From: Candidatus Latescibacterota bacterium
GTDB lineage: Bacteria > Latescibacterota > UBA2968 > GCA-2709665
Direction: 5' to 3'
DNA: 64,000 nt
Assembly (NCBI GenBank): GCA_965248435.1
Contig: OZ252100.1
Location: 5,344,001 to 5,408,000, forward strand
Each line of letters opens with the position of its first letter. Position 1 is the first letter of the stretch. The notes beneath the pieces are model-generated. The model did no database searches. It was not told the DNA's origin and saw only the letters and a list, made by a program, of their open reading frames with translations. Shown piece by piece: positions 9,677 to 19,093 of the stretch. The translations under genes were made by a program, and so were the position numbers.

Positions 9677-11373
9677 CCTGATTAATTCATGAATCATCAG
9701 ATAATGCAATTTAGGGAAGCAGAAAGAGCTTCCGAGTGAGACGAGAAACGAAAGAGCACGGGCTGAGACGGATTTGGCGTGTCCAGGCCGTGTCGGCGGC
9801 GCCTGCTGGCAGCACGTTTGCTCCGTGGCGTCAGGTTGCTCTGAATTCCGCTGTCAAGAGCACAGACGTCTCCGTGGCTGTTGGTCGTGTCGCTCCAAAC
9901 GTGAAGGCGGGGTCAGCACGTCGATGGGTTATGGAACATCCGTTGCCAGATTATAGAGGATCTTGCCGTAAAGGTGTTTGAGTGGAAACGCCGTTGGGAG
10001 ATGGAACTTGATCCTGGTTTTCAACTCACGAACGCGCCCGGCGACTTTCAAGAGACGGTTTTGCAGGGTATTGAACTGTGCGTTCGTCCACTTCGTGCCG
10101 CGCAACCCGGTTTGTGCCAAGGCGTGCATCAGGACATAGGCGGCGCTGTGGAGAAAGAGACGGAAGTGATTGGCCTGGAAGGTGTGACAAGAGGTGCGAT
10201 CGGAATGGAGAAAGGTCTTGTGATTCTTGATGAAGTTTTCCATCCTGCCGCGTGCGCAATAGGCGGTTTTGTAGATGAATGACGGTTGGGCGCGCTTTAG
10301 GTTGGTGACCACGAATCGGATATTGTCTCCTTGCGGGGTGACTTCCGCCTTGCAGATGATGCGTTGTGGACAAGCCCATGTTTTCGCCTGATAGTCCCAG
10401 CAGTGATAAAGGCGCGTGGTTGTTCCGGAATCGGCATACAGCGCTTTGGCCTGGTCCATCAAGGGCAGTGCCGAGCGCAGCAGTTTGGCGTTGCCGTTTT
10501 GTCCAAAGACAAAATACACATCTTCTTCCTCACACAACGTATGAACTTCGGGGCAAGAAAAATGCGCATCGCCGCGCAACAGGATCGCCACGTCGGGCCA
10601 GGCGCGGCGCAGGTAGGCGATCACCCGTTTGAGGATGGTGACGATCTCTTTACCCGTGGGCCGCCTGCCAGGACGCAAGACCGTCGTGATCAACTTGCCC
10701 GTCTGGCCTTCATAGATATGCAGGGGCTGGTAGCAATAGCCATTGAAATACGCATTGAACAACGACAACTGTTGAGACCCATACACCTTGTCTTCCGTGT
10801 CATCGATATCCAACAGAATGGCTTCGGGCGGTTCCTCATACGAGGCGACAAACACATCCGCAAAGGCCTTGGCGATCCGATACAAATCGGTTCTGCTGAT
10901 CCGGTTCTCGAACCGACTCATCGTGGGCTGACTGGCCAGATCCGCACCGGAAAGCGGCAACCGATCACAGGCCGCCTTGAAGCCGGGGTCCTCGCGCAAC
11001 GTATTGCAATCGTTCGCATCCTCATAGCCACAGGCCATCTGAAACACACGTTGTTTGATCAGGTCCGTCATCGAATGATGTACGTAACTTTGATGTCGGC
11101 GATCCGTGAGCGCCGCAACCATCCTATGCAAAATCCCGGTTCTGGCCTCCACCTCACGAAGCAGCAGCACCCCGCTGTCGCTGGTCAGGATGCCTCCGTC
11201 GAAGGTGGCTTCTACCGGCTTACCAGAAAGACTTGCGAAAGACACCCTGTGATGTGTATCTTGAACTCCCACGGTAGTTTCCTCCTGTTTCATTGTGTTA
11301 TGGTTATTTGCGTAACCACAATATAATACAATGACTTGGGTAAGGAAACTACCTTTTTTATGAATTATTCAGG
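9677..11373 (-). mobile_element. IS1380-family element (~1.7 kb)
   Basis: IRs cctgattaattcat / atgaattattcagg; flanks CTAA and CTAG. Confidence 0.9.
9929..11293 (-). CDS. IS1380 transposase (DDE_Tnp_1_4)
   Basis: FDGGILTSDSG, GYEDAND, ASQPTMSRFEN, LDIDDT, LRGDAHF, ARGRMENFIK. Confidence 0.95.
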   Translation of the reverse strand: MKQEETTVGVQDTHHRVSFASLSGKPVEATFDGGILTSDSGVLLLREVEARTGILHRMVAALTDRRHQSYVHHSMTDLIKQRVFQMACGYEDANDCNTLREDPGFKAACDRLPLSGADLASQPTMSRFENRISRTDLYRIAKAFADVFVASYEEPPEAILLDIDDTEDKVYGSQQLSLFNAYFNGYCYQPLHIYEGQTGKLITTVLRPGRRPTGKEIVTILKRVIAYLRRAWPDVAILLRGDAHFSCPEVHTLCEEEDVYFVFGQNGNAKLLRSALPLMDQAKALYADSGTTTRLYHCWDYQAKTWACPQRIICKAEVTPQGDNIRFVVTNLKRAQPSFIYKTAYCARGRMENFIKNHKTFLHSDRTSCHTFQANHFRLFLHSAAYVLMHALAQTGLRGTKWTNAQFNTLQNRLLKVAGRVRELKTRIKFHLPTAFPLKHLYGKILYNLATDVP

Positions 11374-11721
11374 CTAGAAACACCAGAACAGTAAGAATCG
11401 CGATGAGCACATTCGTTCTCGTCTGGAGCAGCTCCAGGCGACGCTGGATATAGATTCTCATTCCCCAAATATTCTGTTTATCTCTATCATACACATCTCG
11501 TCGACCAGACAGAGAATCGAACTGATAAGTGGTTATTGCTCGTGACTCATCATACGGCCTAAGCGAACAAGAAAGAAAAGCCGGACCATCGTTGAAGCTG
11601 GTAAGACGGACAATGTATATTTCAACTGAGTCGTTCGGATTTATCGGCTGAATTGAAAATTCACTATCACAGCTATAACCATGCCTGTCTTGATATTTAA
11701 TCCAAATGTCTGTGATTGTGG
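11374..11721 (-). pseudogene. fragment of hypothetical membrane protein trapped between two IS
   Basis: Open frame ending in hydrophobic TNVLIAILTVLVFL; both ends abut IS termini. Confidence 0.45.
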
Positions 11722-12945
11722 TGACCTGCCCCCACCTATGTATCCACATCCAGAGTTAGGATGCGGTTGCAACTAGCGGTCCTAAGACCGTTTCAGGCGC
11801 CGGCGGCCTATAGCCAAGCGAGCTGTGTGGGCGGACCCGATTGTACTGCCGTCGCCACACCTCGGTCAACACCTTTGCCTCCTGCAGCGTCGTGAAGATC
11901 TCACCGTTGAGGAGTTCATCCCTGAGTTTCCCGTTGAAGCTTTCGATGTAGCCGTTCTCCCACGGACTACCCGGCTCGATGAACAACGTCCCGACCTCCA
12001 ACCTCGAGAGCCACTCCCGGACGGCTTTGGCCACGAACTCGGGCCCGTTGTCCGATCTGATGTGTTTCGGGATGCCGTGCCTCAACATCAGCCCGGCCAA
12101 CATCCGTAGAACGTCCCGCGAGCTCTGCTTGCGGGCAACTTCTATCGCCAGGCACTCGCGGGTGAACTCGTCGACCACCGTCAGGAGCTTCAGGGGCCTC
12201 CCTTCCTGGGTCCGATCGAATAGGAAGTCGTAAGCCCAAACGTGGTTGCCGTGCTCCGGTCTGAGCCTGATGCAGGAACCGTCATTGAGCCACAGCCGAC
12301 CGCGCTTCGGCTGTCTGGCGGGCACCTTCAGCCCCTCCTGACGCCAGATCCGCTCCACCCGCTTGTGGTTCACCCGCCAGCCGTCACCCCTGAGCAGGGC
12401 CGTGATCCTACGGTAGCCATACCGCCCGTATTCGCTGGCCAGAGAGACGATGCTCGCGGTCAGAAGCTCCTCGTCGTCTCCCACCCTGGGCGTGTATCGC
12501 TGGGTGCGCCTCACCTGTCCCAGCACACGGCACGCCCGACGCTCGGAAACGGTCAGCACCTCACAGACGTGCCCGACCGTCTGACGCCGACGCGTCGGGC
12601 TTAGAAGTTTCCCCGGGAGGCTTCCTTCAGGATCGAGATGTCCAGAGCCTGGTCGGCGACCAGCCTCTTCAACCGTTGGTTTTCCTGATCGAGCTCTTTC
12701 AGGCGCCGGGCTTGATCGACTTCCATTCCGCCGTATTCACGGCGCCAACGGTAGTAGGTCTGCTCGCTGATGCCGAGATGGCGCGCAGCCTCACCGATGG
12801 TCTTGCCCTCGGAGATGAGGATCTCCGCTTGCCGGAGGTGCCCGATGATCTGCTCTGCGGTATAACGCTTTCTGGCCATAATGACCCCTTTCTGGTTACC
12901 CATATCCTAACTCTAGGAATGGGAACAATCCAGGGGGTCAGGTCA
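11722..12945 (-). mobile_element. IS3-family (IS407 group) element
   Basis: IRs tgacctgccccc / gggggtcaggtca; orfA 12601-12879 and orfB with GGGGAAAC frameshift window. Confidence 0.9.
11756..12879 (-). CDS. IS407-group transposase OrfAB (programmed -1 frameshift near 12605)
   Basis: OrfA MARKRYTAEQII...TYYRWRREYGG; OrfB YGYRRI, WAYDF, RSDNGPEF, PGSPWENGYIESFNG. Confidence 0.92.
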
Positions 12946-13220
12946 ATCTGGTCCGGCGGGAACTGGCCACCCCATAGGGATCGGTCCGTCCAAACCGGAC
13001 GGACACGCACAGAAAGGACCGTCCGGAACGCTTCCGGGGCAGAAAACACCCCCGGAAGCCCCCGAGATGACGCCGCTTTCAACATGAACATACTCTGAAA
13101 AACTCATATTATACCACGTGATCGAACAAATGGGTTGATCAGAGGTTTTCCCAAAGTGCCGGTTGTTGGACATTTTCCCGAGAGAAAGTCATAGTTTTTC
13201 CGTTGACCGGCTGAGGCTGT

Positions 13221-13259
13221 TTGTATATTTGTGACAGCTTGTATATTTGTGACAGCTTG
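13221..13259 (+). repeat. 18-bp direct tandem repeat (2 copies + 3 bp)
   Basis: TTGTATATTTGTGACAGC x2, about 80 bp upstream of the 13339 start. Confidence 0.9.
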
Positions 13260-13338
13260 GCGGCAACATTTTCGCCTGGGGAAGTGTAGCTTTTTTTGCG
13301 GCTGATTCTGGAAGCAGCTTGGCTTCAGGGAGTGCCTC

Positions 13339-14631
13339 GTGGATGGTCCTCAACACCACACGGTCATCATTGTAGGTGGAGGTCCTGCCGGGCTCGGATT
13401 CGCCGTGGCTTTGGGAGGATGGCATCCCTATTTCCGCGAAGGTCGTCTCATTCGACAGCGCCATCCTGAGCTTGCCTCCTTCCTGGCTGCCTTCAAACGA
13501 TCATTACTAGCACTCAACTTTGAAGAAGCCCTCGATATGGGCATAGCCCCTGTCAAGCTCTTCCGCAATTTGCATCATCCTCAGCGGGAGTTTTGCGGAA
13601 CAAGTGAGATTGCTCTCGAATTTCGGCAAGGAAGGCCGATAGACTACTTACTAATCTCGCAGGAAGAAGTTGGTGGGGTCTGGAATGGAGCTCCCCGAGA
13701 TCTTATATCCATTTCGCCGGGTCATTGGATGGAACTCGCATTCTACCCGCTTGCAGATCATGTACAGGACCTGAGAGTTGACGTAGATGATGTGGACGAG
13801 CCAATTTCGAGGAGAAACCTGGTCAACTATTACCGTTGCATTCCAGGGAAGTTTGGGCAGTCAGACCACATTCGGACGAGAGAAAGGGTTGAACAGATCG
13901 AGCCGCATCAGAGAGGGTTCCTCCTGCGTTCACGAGATCTGTGTACAGGGAACTCACGCCAATATACCTGCAAGTACGTTATCTACGCCGTGGGACAACG
14001 ATGTATTCTTCGTCGATTGAATGTACGAGGTGAGAATTTGAGTTTTGTTACGAATCGCTACAGCAGCCCGGAGGACTTTTCAGGATTTCGTTTCGCTGTT
14101 GTGGGCGGAGGAAGGTCGGGAGACTGGGTGGCAACAGAGCTACACGACGCAGGTCGCCAGGTCTTCTACATAATGCGGCAACCCTTCGCGCGCCACCATA
14201 GATCGGAGGACGATCGCCACTATGGGCGTATCACCGAAATAAAGCGGAGCCGTTCCCCTCGATTCGAGATTCTTTATGAAACTCAAGTAAAAGGATTCGA
14301 AAGGTTCTCCAACGCTGGGAGAGTCATTCTTAGCTCAAGAGGCAAAGAGCGTACTCTTAATGTCGACCACGTTGTTGTAGAAATCGGAGGCATCGCTGAC
14401 TACTCGATTTTCAAAGGGTTTCCTCCCCTAAATCTGTCCGAGATGTATGATCGGCATCGGCTTCAGGTACACCAGTTGTCTACCTATCCGCACAACTATG
14501 AATCAACGGAAATCCCCAACCTCTATCCCGGAGGCTATCTGGCTAAAGGGATCCTGCCCTTCGTTGGAGCAATGCACGGTAGTACGTATCCAATCGTTGG
14601 TGACATAGCGAAAAAGGAGGGAGCTTTGTAG
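13339..14631 (+). CDS. FAD/NAD(P)-dependent oxidoreductase (flavin monooxygenase-like, OSGIN/OKL38-like)
   Basis: Two Rossmann motifs IIVGGGPAG and VVGGGRSG; GGVW; PNLYPGG tail. Confidence 0.8.
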   Translation: MDGPQHHTVIIVGGGPAGLGFAVALGGWHPYFREGRLIRQRHPELASFLAAFKRSLLALNFEEALDMGIAPVKLFRNLHHPQREFCGTSEIALEFRQGRPIDYLLISQEEVGGVWNGAPRDLISISPGHWMELAFYPLADHVQDLRVDVDDVDEPISRRNLVNYYRCIPGKFGQSDHIRTRERVEQIEPHQRGFLLRSRDLCTGNSRQYTCKYVIYAVGQRCILRRLNVRGENLSFVTNRYSSPEDFSGFRFAVVGGGRSGDWVATELHDAGRQVFYIMRQPFARHHRSEDDRHYGRITEIKRSRSPRFEILYETQVKGFERFSNAGRVILSSRGKERTLNVDHVVVEIGGIADYSIFKGFPPLNLSEMYDRHRLQVHQLSTYPHNYESTEIPNLYPGGYLAKGILPFVGAMHGSTYPIVGDIAKKEGAL

Positions 14632-14763
14632 CCGCACCTATCCTCAGCCGCCCATTGATTACCCTCGTACTCGGGGGGGTGTACCACTGTATCCCCATTT
14701 AATTGTGCTGGTCAAACGCTGATTGCCACTCAAGTCTAAGCTAAATCAATCGGGGCTCGATTT

Positions 14764-15075
14764 ATGGAAAAAGTATTCTGTTTTCGCTTCGACTTTGAAA
14801 GCGTTTTCTTCGACAGTAGAGACCGTACAGTTCTCCTGGTACGTGATGAGCTTCAAGAATCGCGTGATGAGTCGTTGTCGAGAGATGCTGAATTTTCAGT
14901 TCTATCTTCACATTCATCCAAGGCAGTCCGCTCAATGCGAACTGCGAAGTCCGATCAAGAAAGCTTTCCAATGGAGATTCCCCTCACTTCGCTCGCAGAA
15001 GATCTTCTATTTCGAAGACAGAGAAGCGAACGATTAGGACTCGAATTGCTCAGCCAGTTGTGGAAGGCCAGTTAA
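14764..15075 (+). CDS. small hypothetical protein, possibly PqqD/RRE-like
   Basis: 103 aa with beta-rich N-terminus and three predicted helices ending ELLSQLWKAS; sits before an HprK-related kinase. Confidence 0.3.
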   Translation: MEKVFCFRFDFESVFFDSRDRTVLLVRDELQESRDESLSRDAEFSVLSSHSSKAVRSMRTAKSDQESFPMEIPLTSLAEDLLFRRQRSERLGLELLSQLWKAS

Positions 15076-15153
15076 TGAGAACCTAGCTATGTGCATCATA
15101 CCTGGCAGGACACTCGTCGGGGCTCAATCATTTCCGGCGCAGGAGGAGAGTGA

Positions 15154-16212
15154 ATGTACGATGTATCCGTTGACACGTGCGGAGTTAGAATACAGTTCTT
15201 GATAGAGTGCTCATCACTGCGAGACCTGATTGCGCCTGCTTTTCTTCACCCGGGGCGACATTTCAGAAACAGGGAGGTGACTACCACCATATGGATTTGT
15301 CCTCGGAGTTCGTCATCAAACCTTGAAGGGCAAATGCCTAATAAGCTGAGAAAAGCGTTTGCTGATTTTGGATCTTGGCTCATGAGATACTGCAGGGACG
15401 AAAAAGCATATGAAAGAAGCGATGCGCGAGTGTTCTACAAGGATCAATATGCCGGGTGGTGTTTCCAAGGCCAACAGAATCAGTTCTGCATAGTAGACTT
15501 GGAATCATGGAATGAAACAGGATATGATCATGCGTATTTCTACTATATGATCCTTCGCCCATTAATGTACGAGGCTCTTTGGAAGGAAGGGAGATTCTTC
15601 TTACATGGAGCAGGGCTCCGAAGCGCCGATGACAAGACCATGCTGTTGATTGGGGACAGAAATCACGGAAAGACAACCCTTGGGATAGCTGGATGCTTAT
15701 GCGGGTATAAACTGCTCACTGATGACACCTTGATCTGTCAGTATCGAAGCGAAAATGGTCAGATTCTATTTGATACCATTCAGAGGGAAGTTCACATCGA
15801 TCCTGAGCTTCGACACAGGCTTCCAGGTCTCTCCGCACTCGAGGGTTTAAAGCCTTACGCATCCGAGGAAAAGGAGGTTGGTATACGTCTGTCTGATCTA
15901 TTCCCTCACTCAATAGCTACTGAGCTTTGCAATGTCAATGTACTCGCCTTCCCTCTTATATCTGATGTACCCAACTCCTCACTGCAGGCAATGAACGCAA
16001 GTCATGCGTTTGGCCATCTGGTACTGAACAGCTATACGGGCCTTATCGACAACTCAGCTGATTCGACGCTCCACCAGCTATCGGCTTTTGCGGAGATATG
16101 TAGGAGGGCGAAGTCAGTGATACTTGTATGTGGTAGGGACTCTTACGATGATCCCCGTAAGGCGATCAGGCTGCTAGAAGGTGCGTTTAGCGAGAGTCTG
16201 AAAGTAGCATGA
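15154..16212 (+). CDS. HPr-kinase-related (HprK/PEPCK-fold) kinase
   Basis: FLHGAGL...LLIGDRNHGKTTL (Walker A)...LLTDD; RBS aggagg. Confidence 0.8.
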   Translation: MYDVSVDTCGVRIQFLIECSSLRDLIAPAFLHPGRHFRNREVTTTIWICPRSSSSNLEGQMPNKLRKAFADFGSWLMRYCRDEKAYERSDARVFYKDQYAGWCFQGQQNQFCIVDLESWNETGYDHAYFYYMILRPLMYEALWKEGRFFLHGAGLRSADDKTMLLIGDRNHGKTTLGIAGCLCGYKLLTDDTLICQYRSENGQILFDTIQREVHIDPELRHRLPGLSALEGLKPYASEEKEVGIRLSDLFPHSIATELCNVNVLAFPLISDVPNSSLQAMNASHAFGHLVLNSYTGLIDNSADSTLHQLSAFAEICRRAKSVILVCGRDSYDDPRKAIRLLEGAFSESLKVA

Positions 16213-16279
16213 GACTCGATTCCAAGGCCGTCTCTGTAAAGCAGAGTGGGCATGCTACGGCCAGTGAAAGGGATGAGAG

Positions 16280-17887
16280 ATGAAAACAGTGTTAGTCAGC
16301 GAAACACTTCGGTATAGAGGCTTCAATGGGATGAACAAAGCTCTGCCGGTCTTGGCTTCAAGTCTGTGCAACGCTGGTTTCACCAATGTTGTACAACTTG
16401 ATCTCGAGAGACCAGAGCTCAGTATAACGGATGTCTGCTCAGAAGCCAGAGATGCCGATCTTGTTGCCTTTGCTGGATGTATGACCCCGCAGTGGCCAGA
16501 GCTCGATGTAAGCACAAAGTATGTTGCGGACTACTTGGAAGGCCTCGGAAAGAGGATCCCCATCATCGTGGGCGGGCACGCGGCTAAGAGCGTTGAAAGT
16601 ATAGCTGCCGTGACGCCTTGGATAACAGCTTTTTTCGACGGCGATGGAGAGAAGGCGATTGTTGATATTGTAAAACTCATTGCCGAAGGATGCTTCCGCC
16701 AACGGAAACATGAGGTCACTGGACTTTGTTTCGTTGACGAGTTTGGTCAATTTCACAAATCCATCAGCGATAGGGTGATGGACCTGAATGAGTATGATCA
16801 GAACTACAGGGCGGTCCATATACCACAAGTTCATGATATGAAAATTTTCACTGACAGTCGAGGGAGACAGCTCAAGACTGGCCAACTCTTCACACAGAGG
16901 GGGTGCCCTTGGAATTGCTCATATTGCAGCAAGAGCACGGAGAATAACCTCGTGCCCAGATTGAACGAAGAGGCGATAAGGAGAAACCTCAGGAGTCTAA
17001 AAGCGGAGGGCTATGAGGCTGTCTATCTCGACGTAGATACTTTCACTGTGAACAAGCCTGTTGCGAGAATGGAAGCCGAGATTTTGAAGGAAGAGGGCTT
17101 CTTCTGGGGGTCTAACACGAGAGTAGACATGGTAGACTTGGATTTGATCCAACACCTAGCTAGCAACAACTGTATCTACATGTTCTACGGCGTGGAGCAC
17201 ACGCAGCCAGAGGTTTTGCTAGCGCTGAATAAGTTTAATGGACCCATCAGAAGCCAGACTAGGCAGATAGACTACTACCGTAAAGCGATTCGGAGGGTGT
17301 TCACTTGGATGAACGAAGCCGGCATTCCGAGCGCCTACTTCGTGATTTTTGGACTCCCGAAGGTGCGGCTGGATGACGCTGGGACAGGCAATGAGGGTTA
17401 TGAGCCAACGACACTTGAAGACGATGTTGAGGCGGTTAAATTCGGATTAGACTACTGTAATCCATCCTACTTAAACTTCAATGTACTAAGATTCATGCCC
17501 GGCAGTGCGTCTGCGGATCTCCCGAACCATTCCGCCTTTTCTTGTGTAAGGCCCTCGGGAGACGCTCCAATTGATGCTGGCTACTTTTTGCCTCGCCTTG
17601 TGAGGGCTAATGGATATAAGCTTCAGGAGAATCATCCGGTATACAGACTCTGTGAGTCTGTTGCGGCAAATCAACCAACGACGACGGCGGTTAATCCGCA
17701 GAGAGTTTACGAGTGTGTTCGGAGAGTCATGAATCACATCAATCATAGGATCGATTCATCGAAGAAACCTACAACGTTGTTTATCGATAGGGACATCCTC
17801 TCCCAAGGCCTCGTAAGAAGGGACGAAGAAGGAAGGTACAGTATTGCTCCCCTTAAGGAATTCGATGACCTACCCGCACCACAGTGA
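16280..17887 (+). CDS. B12-binding radical SAM enzyme
   Basis: N-terminal cobalamin domain (IIVGGHA, GDGE); RGCPWNCSYC CxxxCxxC; DTFT, TRVD, YGVE, IFGLP. Confidence 0.9.
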   Translation: MKTVLVSETLRYRGFNGMNKALPVLASSLCNAGFTNVVQLDLERPELSITDVCSEARDADLVAFAGCMTPQWPELDVSTKYVADYLEGLGKRIPIIVGGHAAKSVESIAAVTPWITAFFDGDGEKAIVDIVKLIAEGCFRQRKHEVTGLCFVDEFGQFHKSISDRVMDLNEYDQNYRAVHIPQVHDMKIFTDSRGRQLKTGQLFTQRGCPWNCSYCSKSTENNLVPRLNEEAIRRNLRSLKAEGYEAVYLDVDTFTVNKPVARMEAEILKEEGFFWGSNTRVDMVDLDLIQHLASNNCIYMFYGVEHTQPEVLLALNKFNGPIRSQTRQIDYYRKAIRRVFTWMNEAGIPSAYFVIFGLPKVRLDDAGTGNEGYEPTTLEDDVEAVKFGLDYCNPSYLNFNVLRFMPGSASADLPNHSAFSCVRPSGDAPIDAGYFLPRLVRANGYKLQENHPVYRLCESVAANQPTTTAVNPQRVYECVRRVMNHINHRIDSSKKPTTLFIDRDILSQGLVRRDEEGRYSIAPLKEFDDLPAPQ

Positions 17888-18019
17888 TCTGATGTGGACA
17901 GGATTACAGCTTGCAAGACATTCCAACAGCGTTCAGTAGTCCAGAATTCAGATTGCAGCGGCCAGATACAAACTTGCAGTGAGTGGCGAAGACCAGTACA
18001 TAGAGTTATAGATGTTCTA

Positions 18020-18994
18020 ATGACAAAGCTTGTCGTAACTCTTTGGGGCTCAATGAGTCTCTCCGACCTTGAATTTCTGGTAGATAACGGCGTCCAGTGT
18101 TATAGGCTGAACTGTGCCAGATTGTCCAATAGCACGGTGAGGAAACTGATTCAAACGGTGAGGGAGTTACACGCAAGAGTAGGAATTGAGCCCAAGATCT
18201 TTGTCGATCTCCCGGGAAACAAAGCCAGGTTGTGGGCCGATGGAATGGACATTTCAGAAGGATCTAGACTATCGGTGAAGTTGGGAAGTAGTAAAACGAA
18301 TGAGGTTTATATCACTGGGAGCGATCTGATACATGTGATAGAAGTAGGAGATGTTCTCGTTGTCCGCGGGAGAAAGAGAATAGAGTTGCTTGTGGAGCAT
18401 CAAGGAGCTGAGGACATTGTACTGAAAGCGCTTTGTGACGGGAGAATCGGCGGCGGATATCATGTTGTGATAAAGGACAGATACTTCCCATGTCTTCACT
18501 TGACAGAGGAAGACAAGAGCCTGCTTCCTTCGGTGTTCGGCATGCAGCCGGACTTCATTGCTGCGTCATTTGCTGACTCCCCGGGAGTTATGAGTGAACT
18601 TGCACTGCAAGGCGCGAGATCTGGGACTTCTGCCAAGCTTCTGGCGAAGCTTGAATCTCCATCGGCCTTATCCAACATGGAGGCAATCCTGGCTGAATCT
18701 GATGGTGCAGTACTGGGAAGAGATGATCTCTCAGCGTGGATGAGCAGCGATCAAATACGCACACAAGTCGAAAGGACAATTTCGTACTGCAAGAGGAATA
18801 AGATAGTTTCTGTTCCCGCATCGAGCTACTTCAGAAGCCTACTCTCTAACGACTGTTTTTCCGATGATGAAGCAGAAGAATTGGCCAACGTTCTTACTAT
18901 GACCCCCGACTATCTCTACTGCAACGAAACCTCGATTTCCGATCGTTGGCCTATCGTAATCAAGAAAGCAAGAAGCCTCGGTATGCTCGAATAG
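18020..18994 (+). CDS. divergent pyruvate-kinase-like protein (barrel + B domain, no C domain)
   Basis: TKLVVTL, RLNCA, VDLPGNKAR, LTEEDK, ASF, AKLES, SDGAVLGRDDL, NETS. Confidence 0.75.
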   Translation: MTKLVVTLWGSMSLSDLEFLVDNGVQCYRLNCARLSNSTVRKLIQTVRELHARVGIEPKIFVDLPGNKARLWADGMDISEGSRLSVKLGSSKTNEVYITGSDLIHVIEVGDVLVVRGRKRIELLVEHQGAEDIVLKALCDGRIGGGYHVVIKDRYFPCLHLTEEDKSLLPSVFGMQPDFIAASFADSPGVMSELALQGARSGTSAKLLAKLESPSALSNMEAILAESDGAVLGRDDLSAWMSSDQIRTQVERTISYCKRNKIVSVPASSYFRSLLSNDCFSDDEAEELANVLTMTPDYLYCNETSISDRWPIVIKKARSLGMLE

Positions 18995-19093
18995 TGTTAA
19001 GATATCCTCTCGTCCCTTCTGATCCAAGAAATGTAACTTCCGGCATCTGTCTTTGTGAAGAAAGCTCACTATTCACATGGGAGAGGTGATAGT

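Noticed and set aside
12946-13190. Hairpin-rich stretch ending cagaggttttcccaaagtgccggttg, possibly an IS end or structured RNA
   Set aside because: No partner inverted repeat, transposase or recognisable RNA family; cannot be supported.
14723-15037. Alternative ORF with PqqD-like 'LNQSGLDLW'
   Set aside because: Motif sits at the very N-terminus with no preceding strands, TTG start without RBS, and the rest is not RRE-like; the overlapping 14764 frame is preferred.
17910-18012. Possible attC between radical SAM and PK-like genes (CCAAC...GTTATAG)
   Set aside because: Ends are complementary only at AAC/GTT and no inner inverted boxes were found.
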